Shown: piece after piece, positions 11,701 through 24,955 of the stretch
Layout: every line of letters starts with the position of its first letter
How positions within the stretch are numbered: the first letter of the stretch is position 1
Assembly: GCF_009914755.1 (NCBI RefSeq)
Contig: NC_060934.1
Source of the DNA: the human T2T-CHM13v2.0 reference genome, Homo sapiens
Direction: 5' to 3' (one strand)
Length of the DNA: 64,000 bases
Notes under the pieces: generated by a model
Databases searched by the model: none
Told to the model about the DNA's origin: nothing
What the model saw: only the letters and a program-made list of their open reading frames with translations
Made by a program: the position numbers and the translations under genes

Positions 11701-14080
11701 AAAATGTTCTGTAAATATCTATCACATCCATTTGATAACTCTGATGCATTCTTCAGTATGCCAATTGCAAACTTCAGCTCCAGAATATCTGCCTGATTCT
11801 TTTTAATTATTTCAATCTCTTTGTTAAATTTATCTGATAGAGTTCTAAATTCCTTTTCTATGTTATATTGAATTATTTGAGTTTTCTCAACATAGCTTTT
11901 TTGAATTTTCTGTCTGACAGGTCACATATCTCTTTTTCTTCAGGATTGGCCCCTGTTGCCTTATTTAGTTCATTTAGTGAGGTCATGTTTCCTGGATAGT
12001 CTTGATACTTGTACATCTTTGTCTGTGTTTGGGCATTGAAGACTTAGTTATTTATTATAATCTTAACTGTCTGAGTTTGCATGTATTCCTTCTTCATGGG
12101 AAAGCTTTCCAGATTTTCTAAAGGAGTTGAGTATTATAATCTAAGTTAGACCTGCTTTACAAGGCACTCAAGCCAAGTAATGCTGTCGTTCTTGCTTACT
12201 TGTAGAGGTATTGTTCTGGACAGGACCAGAATGCTGTCCAAGAGCCAAGTCCTACATTTTGTCCTAAATGACAAGATTTAGGACAATTCTTTGAATTATC
12301 AGGCAGAGATTCTTGTTCTCTTCCCTTCCTTTCTTCCAAACAAATGGAGGCTCTCTCTCTGTCTCTGTTCTGAGCCACCTAAAGCTGGTGGTGGAGTGAC
12401 ACAAGGACCCCTTGTGCCACCACCACTATGACTACACTGGGTCACACCTGAAGCCAGCACAGCACTGGGGCTTGCCCACTGTCTGCTATAACCACTTCCT
12501 GGCTACTGTCTATGTTTTCTCAAGGTACTGGGCCTCTACAATCAGAAGCTGGCAAAGCCAGTCAGTCCTGTGTCCTTCCCTTCAGGATGGCAAGTTCTCA
12601 CAGGCCCCAGGTGGGTCCTGAGTTGTCTGGGAGTTAGAGAGTTGAGTCAAAAACCTTAGAAATCTGCAAGGTGTTCTATTGTACTGCCACTGAGCTGGCA
12701 CTCAAACCACAAGATTCAGTCCTTCCCACTCCTCTCTTCCATTTCCAAAGGCAGAGGAGTCTCACCCCACAGTCTAACCACACAGGCCCATGGGGAGTAC
12801 TGCCAGACTACTTCCAATGTTCCATTAAGGTCCAAGGGCTCTTAAGTCAGTTCGTGCTGAATGCTGCCTGGCTTAGGACTCACCCTTCAGGGCAGAGGGC
12901 TCCCCTCTGACCCAGGACAGGACCAGAATGCTGTCCAAGACCCAAGTCCTAGAATCAGGAATTCCAAGAACCTGCTTGGTCTCTACCACTCTGTGGCCAA
13001 CCTGGTACCCAAGGTTAAAGGCAAAGTTCCCTTTACTTTTCCCTCTGCTTTTCTCAAGCAGAAGCAGTTTTTCCTTGTAGCTACCACACCTGGGAATATG
13101 CTGAGTCTCACCTGAAGCCTGCAAGTCTCAAAGGCTCACCAAGGCCCTCAATGTAGTACTTGGATATCGCTGCTGGTTAATCAGGGCCCAAGGGCTCTTC
13201 AGTTAGCAGGTGATAAATGCTGCTAGAATTGGGTCCTTCCCTTTAAAGCAGCAGGTTCCCTTCTGACCCGAGGTAGCTCTAGAAATGTTATCCAAGAGCT
13301 AGGGCCTGGAATGAGGGCTTCATAAGTGTGACCAGTGCCCTATTCTGCTGTGGCTGAGTTGGTATTCAAGATACAAGACAAAGTCCTTCCCACTCTTCCT
13401 TCTCCTCTCTTCAAGTGGAAGGAAGGGGTCTCTTTTGGATCCACGGGTGTGCAGTCGGGTTAGGGGAGGTGTAATACCAATACTCCCTTACCTGCCCCAG
13501 CTGGTGTCCAGTAGGTCATGTCCCATCACCTATTCCTTGATCTGCTGGGTCTGAACCCAGTCCAGCACTAGGACTTGCCTAAAAGTTGTAGTCGTTGTGG
13601 CCTAGCCTGCCATTGAAGTTTGTTCAGAGCCCCAAAGCACTTTAGCTGGTGGTGATGAGGTTTCTGTGAACTCAAGTTCTGACTGCTAGGATGGGCAACT
13701 CCCCTCTCATAAGGCTCCTTCAAATGCTCCCTCCATGGGTGGCCATTAGCTGAGTTTGGTCTGGTTTTCCTTTTTTGCGCCAACAGGACAGCACTGAGTT
13801 CAATGTACCACGATTGACATGCTCTCCCTCCCACAGCACACAGAAATGCTCTCTGCACCAAGTGATAGCGACTAAGGGGTTGGGAAGGGTTGGCATCAGC
13901 CATTCAAGACTGTTTTTTCCTACCTTTTCAGTGCATGTTTCAGCAATGCAAAGTTAAAACCAGGTACTGTGAGTGTTCACCAAATTTTTTGCTCTTATGA
14001 AGGTGCTTTCTTGTGTAAATAGTTATTTAATTAGGGGACAATCAGTGGAGACTTCCCTTCCACCATCTTATTCCACCTCT
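8795..14080 (-). mobile_element. LINE-1 L1MA1-3-like element with both ends present and several internal deletions
   Basis: The 3'UTR at ~8795 is of L1MA type. ORF2 peptides at 10457-10795 and 11291-11749. An ORF1 piece at ~11735-12100. A long 5'UTR ends ccaccatcttattccacctct at ~14080. Deletion junctions at ~10140, ~10750 and ~11735. Confidence 0.92.
10750..10803 (-). mobile_element. Alu remnant (3' tip fused to the 5' ~45 bp) inside the L1MA
   Basis: ttttgagac + ctcccaaaatgctaagattgcaggtgtcagccaccatgcctgacc. Confidence 0.75.
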
Positions 14081-14294
14081 AATAGGCCAAGCAGAGTCTT
14101 CCACATTGTGCAGCTTATTGGGCAACCTCCCCTTGCCCTGTTGTTACCCTTGGTGAAAACACAAGAAGAACCCTGGAAAAGGAGAAAGAAACCTGTCTCT
14201 CAAGTTAAAGAATCCTGAGGTGGTCTATCAGACATAACGCTGTACTAAGAATCAAACAATCAAAATCTGACATCATTACCCTGAACAACTCACT

Positions 14295-15020
14295 AATTTA
14301 TTATTGAGCAGGTAGTTATTGAATTGTTCATCTGTTGCAAACACTTTGCAGGCATTGAGGATACATTTTGAGTAATATAAACAAAAATCCTGCTCAATCG
14401 AGTTTGCATTCTAGTGGAAAAACAGAACAAATGAGAAAACACATAAATTAATTTCAGAAAGTAAGTGCCACATAGCTAGTAAAGCAAAGTTTGATATAGA
14501 GACCCAAAAATGGAACAGAAGTGTTCCGTTTCAAAAAGATTGTTGAAGGCAGGCTTGTATGTTTTGACTGTGTCCTCACCTAAATCTCATTTGGAATTGT
14601 AGTTCCCATAATCCTCATGTGTTGTTGAAGGGACCAGGTGGAGAAAACTGAATCATAGGGGCAGTTTCCCCCATCCTGTTCTCATGATAATGAATTAGTT
14701 CTCACAAGATCTGATGGTTTCATAAGGGGCTTCCCCCTTCACTGGGCACTGATTCTTCTCTTGCCTGCCACTGTGAAAGACATGACATTGCTCCTCATTC
14801 ACCTTCCACCATGATTGTGAGGCCTTCCCAGTCACGTGGAACTGTGAGTCAATTAAATTTTTCCTTATAATTAACCCAGTCTCAGGTATGCCTTTATTTA
14901 TACATGTGAACAGATTAATACACAGGCCATTGAGGAATCAACATGTGAGCTGAACGTTGAAAGATATAGAGGACTTGGCCTCTATATGATACTAGGAAGG
15001 AAGATCTTTGCATACAGCGA
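14295..15020 (-). mobile_element. L2 fragment, interrupted by the THE1 LTR
   Basis: ttattgagca...gcattgaggataca...aaaaatcctgctc...ttgcattctagtgg; resumes after the LTR with tgagctgaacgttgaaagat. Confidence 0.6.
14555..14922 (+). mobile_element. MaLR solo LTR THE1 (THE1B/C-like)
   Basis: THE1 motifs throughout, and a 5-bp TSD CAGGC (14550-14554 / 14923-14927). Confidence 0.92.
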
Positions 15021-15124
15021 GAATATCAATTATATATCATTAAAATGATACTTAATGGAAAATAAGTGATGACATGCAAATATCCTATTGATGCAGTATT
15101 GCAAAGGATTAAGCAGGATACAAA

Positions 15125-15126
<2 letters not shown>

Positions 15127-15155
<29 letters not shown>
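15127..15155. repeat. (TG)n microsatellite
   Basis: Directly visible. Confidence 0.97.
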
Positions 15156-15157
<2 letters not shown>

Positions 15158-15329
15158 AGTCTACTTGACAAATATTCTTCTCTGTGTGAAAAAATTTTGA
15201 AAAGAACTTTGTACAATAAAAATGGTTGTGCTAAGGTATAGAATTATTGGAATGTTCCTCTATTTTTATTCTGAATAATGTAAAGTCAATATTCTATATT
15301 CAAAACTTTGCCCTAGAAGATGGTTGACT

Positions 15330-16958
15330 ACCCTTCCCAGTCTCTAGTAATCACTATTCTACTCTTCACCTCTATGAGATCAACTTTTTTAGCTTCCACA
15401 TATGAATGAGAACATGGGGTAATTATCTTTCTGTGCCTGGCTTAATTTGCTTAATTCTCTAGGCTCATCCATGTTTCACAAATGACAGAATTTCATTTTT
15501 TATGGCTGAATACTATTTCATATGTATATGTATTATATTTTCTTTGACCAGTCATCTATTGATGGACAGTTAGGCTGATTCTATATTTTAGCTATGAGCA
15601 ATGAATATGGAGGTGGAGATATTTCTTTAATATACTGATTTTCTTTCATTTGGATACATATGCAGTAATGGAATTGCTGGGTTGTATGGGAGTTCTATTT
15701 TTAGTTTTTTGAGGAACCTCCATACTATTCTCCATAATGGCTGTACTTTTTTACATACCTTCCAACAGCATATAACAGTTTCCTTTTCTCCACATCCTTA
15801 CCAGCATTTATTATTTCTTGTCCGTTGATAATAGCCATTCTAACAGGGATGATATCATATCTCCTTATGGTTTTTATTGGCTTTTCCTTGATGATTAATG
15901 ATGGCTAGCATTTATATATATATAAATATATTATATTTATATATATATAAATAAATTTATATATAAATAAATATATATTATATAATATACAATACATAAT
16001 TATATATAATATATTATATATAAATATATATTTACTGGCCATTTTTATGTCTTCTTTTGGGAAATGTCTATTCATATTCTTTGCCAATTTTAATAGGATT
16101 ATTTGGATTTTTTCTGAGTTGAGTTCCTTGTATATTCTAGATATTTTTTCTTGTCAAAATATTTGAAGATATTTTCTCTCATTCTACAGATAGTCTCTTC
16201 ACTCTGTAGATTGTTTCCTTTGCTGTGGAGAAACTTTTTAATTTCATATAGTCTTATTTATATATTTTTTGGTTTTTGTTACCTGTGCTTTTGAAACCTT
16301 ACCCATAAAATCTTTACTTTAACGAATGTCCTGAAGGATTTCCCCTATGTTTTCCTCTAGGAGTTTTATAGTTTTTGGTATTAGATTTAAGTCTTCAATC
16401 CATTTTGAGTTTATTTTTGCATAAGTTGAGAGATATTGGTCTAGTTTCACTCTTCTGCATAGGGATATTCAGTTTTCCCAGCACTGTTTATTGAACAGGC
16501 TCTCCTTTCCCCAGTGAATATTCTTGGTGCCTTTGTCAAAAATATGTTGGCTATAAATATAAGGATTTATTTCTGGATTCTCTATTCTCTTTCATTTGCC
16601 TATGTGTCTGCTTTTAAGCCAGTACCACACTGTCTTGGTTATTATACCTTTGTAGTATATTTTGAACTCTGGTAGTGTGATGCCTCCAACTTTGTTCTTT
16701 TTTATCACAATTGCTTTAGCTCTTTAGAGTCTTTTGTGGTTTCCTATTAGTTTTAGAATTGTTATTCTCTTCCTGTGAAGAATGTCAGAAAGCTAGATGA
16801 GAGGATTTTGAATGCTTCCAAAACAAAAAAGATACATTTTTGAGGTGATGAATATGCTAATCACTCTGAATTGATTAAACATGGTATATATGTATTAAAA
16901 TATCACTCTGTATTCCATAATATATACAATTATTATACATCCACTAAAAATAAATAAT
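15330..16958 (+). mobile_element. 5'-truncated, 5'-inverted L1MA (L1MA4/5-like): 15330-16786 inverted, 16787-16958 sense 3' end
   Basis: Minus-strand 3'UTR/ORF2 sequence abuts a plus-strand L1MA terminus (gctagatgagaggattttgaatg...aaaaataaataa). Confidence 0.85.
15910..16033. repeat. (TA)n/AT-rich degenerate microsatellite inside L1
   Basis: Directly visible. Confidence 0.95.
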
Positions 16959-18075
16959 TGTCTCTACTCTTTTGAATATCTATAATGTAAATAATTCCCC
17001 TAAAGACCACATATTCTTCAAACAGTCATACTCAGTTTCCATAACATAGACATAAAACAAGGGAAATTGAAACTCATCATTATTGGTTATAGAACCCTAC
17101 CTATATTTTAAATTAGTTCTTCAAAGTGACAAACAAACACACAGTGTTAACAGAATAGAAATAGTAACAAGGGGTAAAGACATCTTAAAACTAAAAGAAA
17201 TTGTGTCAAAAATAGAGGTAATTACCCAACTCTAGGTTTTTTAAATTATTGTTTCTACCTACTTATTTCTTACAGTTTTGTATAGTCTCTTCTCTTAAAC
17301 TGCATGGGAATTTATGCAACTAACATCTGAAAAAGATACTAAAACAATAACCAATTTTTAAACAATAGATTAATCAGTTCTGAATTATGAATTCTGATTG
17401 TCATGTCCATGGCATCAAGAAAATTTACTTGTTTGCGGAATTTTGTCCACTTGGGATTAGTTTATTTACCTCAAAACATATGGAAATATAAAATATAAGA
17501 AAAACCTGCCTTTAGCTATACAGTAGCTAAGTAGTAGCTATAGTAAGACTTACTTTCAACAAAAAATGTTCCTAAATTTTTACTTCAGTACACACTGCAT
17601 TATAAATGCATTTCTTGTCGGCATATTAAAGGTTACATCTCAACCAAATTGGTGGTGACTTTGTTACTGTTGCTGAATACCAGATTAGGGTTCCTGTGAA
17701 CATAGTCTCTGCTATTTAATATCCTGCACATGAAGCTGATAAAAAATTTACAAATTCCAAAATTTGTTGATTTGATTTATTTGTGACATCAAACTCATCT
17801 AGCAATACCTATTTAATATATTCTCATTTAATTGACCATGATTATTAATTGGCTATTGTCTAAAGTAATACACATTTCAAGATTATTTTGTTATTTGTGG
17901 CATATGGGATGACACAAAGTACCAGGTTTGGAACAAGGGAGGCCATCTTACATGTTTATGAATGGTTAAACAAAATAATTAAAGCCTTTTGTACAAAGTA
18001 CCAAGATGTGGATTAAATTCAAACTAAAGAAAATACTTTGTATTACCTAAGTTGATATAAAGTACCCAGATATTT

Positions 18076-18810
18076 GAAAATGCAAACCAAAACCACAATG
18101 ATACCATCTCACACCAGTCAGAATGGCTATCATTAGAAAGTCAAAAAACAACAGATGATGGCGAGGCTGCAGAGAAAAGGGAATGCTTATACACTGTTGG
18201 TAAGAATATAAATTAGTTCAGCCACTATGAAAAGCAGTTTGAAGATTTCTCAAAGAACTTAAAATAGAACTACCATTTGAACCCGCAATCCCATTACTGG
18301 CTATATATTCAAAAGAAAACAAATTGTTCTATCAAAAGGACTCACGTATTCATCGTAGCGCTATTCACTATAGCAAAGACATGGAATCAACCTAGGTGTC
18401 CATCAATGGTGGACTGGATAGAGAAAATGTGGTACATATACACCACAGAATACTATGTACTCATAAAAAAGAATGAAATCATGTCTTTTGCAGTAACATG
18501 GATATAGGTGGAGGCCATTATCCTAATTGAATTAACATCAGAACAGAAAACCAAATACCACATGTTCTTACTCATATATGGGAGCTAAACACTGGGAACT
18601 CATGGACATAAAGATGGCAACAATAGACACTGGGGACTACTAGAAGGAGGAGTAGGGGAGAGGTCAAGGGTTAAAAATCTAACTGCTTTGTACTATACTC
18701 AGTACCTGGGTGACAGAATTCATAATCCAAACCTCAGCATTATGCAATATACCCAGGTAACAAACCTGCATATATACCCTCTGAATCTAAAATAAAAGTT
18801 AAAAAAAAAA
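18076..18810 (+). mobile_element. L1PA15/16-like 3' fragment with poly(A)
   Basis: ORF2 C-terminal peptide (IAKTWNQPRCPSMVDWIEKMWYIYT) and 3'UTR ggacataaagatggcaacaatagacactgggg...ctgaatctaaaataaaagtt. Confidence 0.9.
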
Positions 18811-18886
18811 CATGTATATATATATAATGTATTTTATATATATATAATGTATTTATATATATATATCATGTATTTATATATATATA
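18811..18886. repeat. (TA)n with a higher-order ATGTATTTATATATATATA unit
   Basis: Directly visible. Confidence 0.9.
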
Positions 18887-18889
18887 CCA

Positions 18890-19670
18890 CAGAGAGTGAT
18901 GTCAGTGAAGATGGTAGAGTAGCAAGTGCCAGGAATCTGTCTTTTTACCTGGACAACAACTATACTGGCAGAAATGGTCTGACATGATTATTTTGGAATG
19001 CTGGAGTTTATTTAAACACTTGCAGCTTCCAGGGGAAAACATTGCTTATAAATTGCTGTTAATTTCAGCCCATTTCAGCCATTAGCTTATTTCCACCCCT
19101 CATTTCCTTAGAATGCAGCTGTGGGTATCCAATCTCATCTCTACCATGGATTGATGGAGTCAGGGTGAGCAAAACAGATGTTCTCTTCCAACTATCAGGG
19201 TTCCATGTTCTGCTTGTGAATTGATGCTTCTAATGGCTAAGGTGCAAGCAAGCTGACTGACCAGCATGTAATGAAAAATTGATCAAAGAACAAAACTTTA
19301 GAGGTAAAACTATAGATATTAATGTGACACCAAAAGCACAGGCAGTAGCAACAATATCAAAAATAGATAAATTAGACCATATCAAAATTAAGAACTTTTA
19401 TACATCAATGTACACTATCAAAAAATCGAAAAGACTACCTACTTACAGAGTGAATGGGAGAAAATATTTGCAAATTATTTATCTGATAAGTAATTAACAT
19501 CTAGAATATATAAAAAACTTCTACAACTCAACAACAAACAACCCAATCAAAAAATAGACAAAGATTGCTACCACAAAATATAACAGATCATAAGAGGCCA
19601 CAATGAAAAATTACATGGCAACAACTGGATAAACTAGAAGAAATGGAAAAATTCCTAGAAACAAGCCATC
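18890..19670 (+). mobile_element. Fragments of old L1M: a 5' end (18890-19260) plus ORF2 pieces (19280-19670)
   Basis: gtgatgtcagtgaagatgg 5'-end motif; peptide TPKAQA...KIDKLDHIKIKNF. Confidence 0.7.
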
Positions 19671-19778
19671 ATAAAGAAACGCATACACAGTCTCTTTTCC
19701 CATGTAAAGTAATAAATTTACAGATTCAGGAAATTAGGGCATGGACATATTTGAGAGTTCATTATTACCCCACTATAA

Positions 19779-20100
<322 letters not shown>

Positions 20101-20517
20101 AAGACATGAAATTTTTAACTGAGAAAACGATACCTATGTAAGCAGTTAGTTTGATTTGGCCTAATGATTATAGCATTCAAATGAGTAAAATAAGTTCTTG
20201 CCTAGGTTAATTAAGCCATCTTTTTGGCTCTGATAATTACTGCAAATTAATTGTGCTTATAAATTGTTTTGGGCACTTTGGCTTTTTCTTATACAGTGCA
20301 ATCTATGCTATGACACAGTAATCAATAAATGGTAATGAGATAACCATAGACAAATGCTTAACTTGAAACTTCTAGAAAAAGACAGATACAATAACAATAT
20401 CAATAAGATTAATCTCTTTGGAAAATAGTTATTGTTACCACACACATTTCAATTTTGTGTATTTAACTTCTGCTAATAACCAACATCTATTTTTTATTTA
20501 TGATACATGACACATAA

Positions 20518-20847
<330 letters not shown>

Positions 20848-21629
20848 TAATCATTAAGGCTTTTCTTAAGCTTTCCAGCATAAAAGTGTATATTTTAACC
20901 ATGAAAGTATTGTTTTAAATGCAAATCTCATGAACTGGACTATCATCTTTGACCCATAAGAAAATTATGTGAGAGAAAATGTTTTGAGCAATATGTTTTA
21001 TTATTTATAAAATATTTTAATACTCAAAATTCTCACTATATGCAAATAGGCTTTCTGATAAACCTGTGCTTTACTTCCTATAAAGCTGACCAAGTAACAC
21101 CCCAATATCATTTGAGATGGCATGTGGTGACTGGGGAGATAAATGAAGAAAACGTCAGATTATCTTTGTAATTCACCACTCCCCTAGAGGGACATTAGTA
21201 AATTCCATGTATTCCAAAATCTAGCAATAACTCTTAAGGCAAATGCCATTTTGTGTCATAAACAATGGGTGCTATCTCAGCACCAAGTCTTTAATCAGAC
21301 TGCCTTCACTGATAATTGAACCTTTTCACCATACCTTCTTACAATACCTAATATCATTGCAGAATAACAAATGTTCTTTTTCCTACACATTGGACTGTCA
21401 CTCCAAGAAAACTAAATCTATTTTGGAGTATTACAATTATCTCTTTTACTCATGACCTGGAATAAATAATATTTAACCAATATAAATTACTTTTAAATGA
21501 GTCATATCTTAAATTTATTTTAAAGAAGATAAATATTCATCGAAAACTTCTGGGAAGATATTATTAAGAGCAAGCATTCCAGGAATTTCTTCTTCTATAT
21601 TCCCATTAAAATATACATTGATAATAAAA

Positions 21630-21836
21630 ATAGTCTCCATGTCTTAAAACTTACTGTATAACAGGCACTATGATAGATACAACATTTTTTTAAACTCATT
21701 TAATTCTTACAACAGCCTTTTGAAAGAATGAAACTGAAAGTCTTGGAAGTGAATTTCCTAAAGTTACTGAGCTACAAAATGGCAAAGCTGGGATTTTGAC
21801 CTAAATCTGTCTAACACCAAAGTCTAATTGCTTTAA
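21630..21836 (-). mobile_element. MIR
   Basis: caggcactatg...ctcatttaattcttacaacagcc...gaaactga...agctgggattttgacc. Confidence 0.75.
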
Positions 21837-22421
21837 GCATGCATGTAGAAAAAAAAACTAATTGGCTTGTAAGTTAGTACCAAGCATAAACAATATTCAA
21901 CTGCAGTTTCCATTGATAATGATTAAAATATAAATGAAAACAAATTTTTAAAATTATAAGATAAATCCAGACCTTTAAAGTTAAAATACTGAATGACATT
22001 GAAATGCTTATTGTATTTTAAACCTTACATGTTGAGACACATACAAAGATAAGGTATATATCACCATCAGAGCAGTACATATTTCTGTTATATAGAAACA
22101 GATACCTAAGATAATAACAAAACTATTCCTTAAGAATATTTTAAACTACTTACAAACAAATAATTTCAGAGAGTGAATTCCTGATGCACTTTCTACCTTA
22201 AACTCCTTCTTAACTTGGAGGTGAAAGAAAAACCTTGTGACCAAAAACTAAGAAGTTAGCAGTTCCTACAAAATTAGTTTCATAAGAACTCAACTTCAAA
22301 TGAATGACATTGTTGTTGCTAAATGACCTCAAAGTGACCTGTTGGATCTTAAGATGTATAATTGTTCCACACTGTTTCAAGTAAAAGAAGCCCTCAAAGT
22401 GTAGCATTTTATTGTCATGGT

Positions 22422-22550
22422 TAGAATGACTATATATTGTATCACGAAATCAAGGAAACTTAGAAGTGAAAGGAGGCACTGCTGATAACTATGTCAGAAC
22501 AAAAGTAAAATAGGGTTGTCATGGGCAAACCAGGGCATATAGTCACCCTA
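22422..22550 (+). mobile_element. MER94 (hAT-Blackjack MITE)
   Basis: TIRs tagaatgactata...tatagtcacccta; internal gtgaaaggaggcact and gggcaaaccaggg motifs. Confidence 0.75.
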
Positions 22551-22684
22551 AAGACATCATTTCTACAGAAGACCCAATAGCTAAAGGATTATATATCCCC
22601 AGTGATACATGAGCAGGACAAGAAAAGAGATGAAGCTAAGATAAAATAGTTTGTTATGAATATAATTTTAAAAAAACTAAAACA

Positions 22685-23345
22685 CTTTCTGCTTCTGTTA
22701 TAGCAAGATAAGCTCCTGCGGGAACAATCATCCTGCAAATAACAACTACAATTTATTTAACAACTCTAAATTATTAGGGGAGGGGAACTGGCTGAAAGCC
22801 CTGGGAGATACAAAAGATACATTCAGAAGAAGAGTCAAAACTTGAAAGAAGGGTATGCCACCAGAAAGCCTTTCCTATTTTTGTAGCTTTTTTTGCATGA
22901 GTGCTGCAAGGTTGGAGGCTACATAGAGTGGCTACAATGCTAGGGAAAAAAGTCAGTCTTCTGGGTATGTCAGAATTTGGAGCAGTACTTTGATGGCTGA
23001 AAACTGAAGGGAAAATCTCAGGAAAAAGGAAGCTGGAAAAAGCAAGCCGGAGAAAGGAAGCAGCAAATATTGTTTATAAACACTGTACAAACCTTTTCCA
23101 ATGAAGAAACTTTCAAGCATGGGACAGGAGTCCAACTAAATTAACTTGATCTGATATTTGAGCTGCTTCTGAAAACAGGCAATTTGCAGTTAAAGTTGAA
23201 CCAAAGTTGTTCCTATTAAAACAACTATCAGCACTCTGCAAAGAAATAAAAAAAAAACCCTACTGACATGTTGTTCAAAATGTCCTGGATAAAATACAAA
23301 ATTATTTGACATACAAGGAATCAGAGAAATGTGACCTACACTCTA
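22685..23345 (+). mobile_element. Ancient L1 5' region (L1ME-like)
   Basis: aaaatgtcctggataaaatacaaaattatttgacatacaaggaatcagagaaatgtgacc, typical of the region at the start of old L1 ORF1. Confidence 0.5.
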
Positions 23346-23349
23346 GAAT

Positions 23350-23770
23350 ACGGGTCAGCAAATATTTCTCTGTAAGGGATTAGATAGTAAATATTTCAGA
23401 TTTTGCCAGCCATTTAGGGTCTCTGTAAAATATACATCTTCTTTTTAATAAACATTTACAAATTAAAAATATTTCTTAGCTCACCTCAATAAGCCACAAA
23501 CTATGGTCCACAGGCCAAATCTCACTTACAGTCTGAATTTTTAGTTTCCTAGGATCTGAATGATTTTTACAATTTTAAAGAATTATTAAAGAAGAATAAT
23601 GTGTGAGAGAGATATATGTGGCATGCAAAAGCTAAAATATTTTCTATCTGACCCTTTATAGAAAAACTTTGCCAAGCCTCTAGAGCAAGGGTTGTCAAAC
23701 TATGGCCTAAGAGACAAATCTAGCATATCACCTGTTTTTATAAAGCTGCGTGTTAAGAATGGTTTTTAGA
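23350..23770. mobile_element. Two adjacent MER58-family hAT-Charlie MITEs
   Basis: gggtcagcaaatatttctctgtaaggg...aaactttgccaagcc, then caagggttgtcaaactatggcc. CTCTAGA target motif at 23342 and 23678. Confidence 0.75.
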
Positions 23771-24597
23771 TATTAGTCCACAAATCAATCAACATTCACA
23801 TATAACAGGTATAGGATATTATCAATTCTAGTACTATGTTTTTAATTCTTGAAGATAAATTTAAAATTTTATTGCAAAAATGGGAACCAATAGAATCTAG
23901 CTTGATTTTTAAATCAGTAATTTCTAGAAACATGTTATTTGCTCTATAGCCAAGAGCCAAAGACTCTCATCTTTAGCAACTACTGCAGAAAAAAGAGGAG
24001 TTGTAAAAAAGATGGTTCATTGCTCAATGATGAAATCTTCTCACAACATAATGAGTTGTCAAACAGCTGAATTATATCCTTGAAATTGGAAAAATCAAGT
24101 ACTTTCATCATTGTGCAATAGTTAAAACACAAACTAGCAGGCTTTTTACTCTATAATTTACTTGTAGTAAAAAAAATCCATTACTTTTGTATGGTAAAAG
24201 TAATGCCATGGTTTTTTTGGGTTTTTTTTTTTTTTTTTTTTGGTATGGTGAAAGTAAAAGCTGCTACCTACTAAAATTTGCATTCATTCTTTCAAAATAC
24301 TTTAATGAATTGTCCTAAAAGTCCTGATGCTTATTTTCCTAAAATGCTAAATAGTTTATCTCACTGTTCTCAGAACTACATACATAGCTCCATCTACAGC
24401 AACATTCTTTTGCCTTTTTTGGTTTTATGATTCTATACAGGTTGGAAAGTGAATTGATAAAGAAATAAACAAGCAAATTATTGATAAATGAATAGACAAA
24501 TGGAAACAAATAGAAAAAGGATTTTGACTACAATAATACCTTCACAAGCCTTACAATGTACATTAAGAGGTAAAAATAGTTCTAATAGGTGAAAATT

Positions 24598-24721
24598 AAA
24601 TAGATAGATATTAAATAGATAGATTAGATTGATAGATAGATAGATAGTACATAGGTAGATACATAGTAGATAGATAGCAAATAGGTGATAAACAGATACA
24701 TTGATTGATAGAGAGACAGAC

Positions 24722-24763
<42 letters not shown>

Positions 24764-24844
24764 TACATAGGTAGATACATAGTAGATAGCAAATAGGTGA
24801 TTGATTGGTAGAGAGACAGATAAACAGATACATAGATATGGATG

Positions 24845-24887
<43 letters not shown>
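24598..24887. repeat. Complex (GATA)n microsatellite with a duplicated interrupting block
   Basis: Directly visible. Confidence 0.97.
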
Positions 24888-24955
24888 TCATACAACATAA
24901 AGTGTGTTTTCTTGCAGCCAAAGGTAGATGGGTCAGATTAAATAAGCACCAATAG

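Noticed and set aside
11725-11750. ORF1-to-ORF2 deletion in L1MA as a spliced-then-retrotransposed product
   Set aside because: The junction does not fit clean GT/AG boundaries; a genomic deletion is simpler.
24478-24921. 147-aa, 95-aa and 69-aa minus-strand ORFs (YLSIYLSI...)
   Set aside because: Stop-free translation of a (TATC)n microsatellite; not coding.
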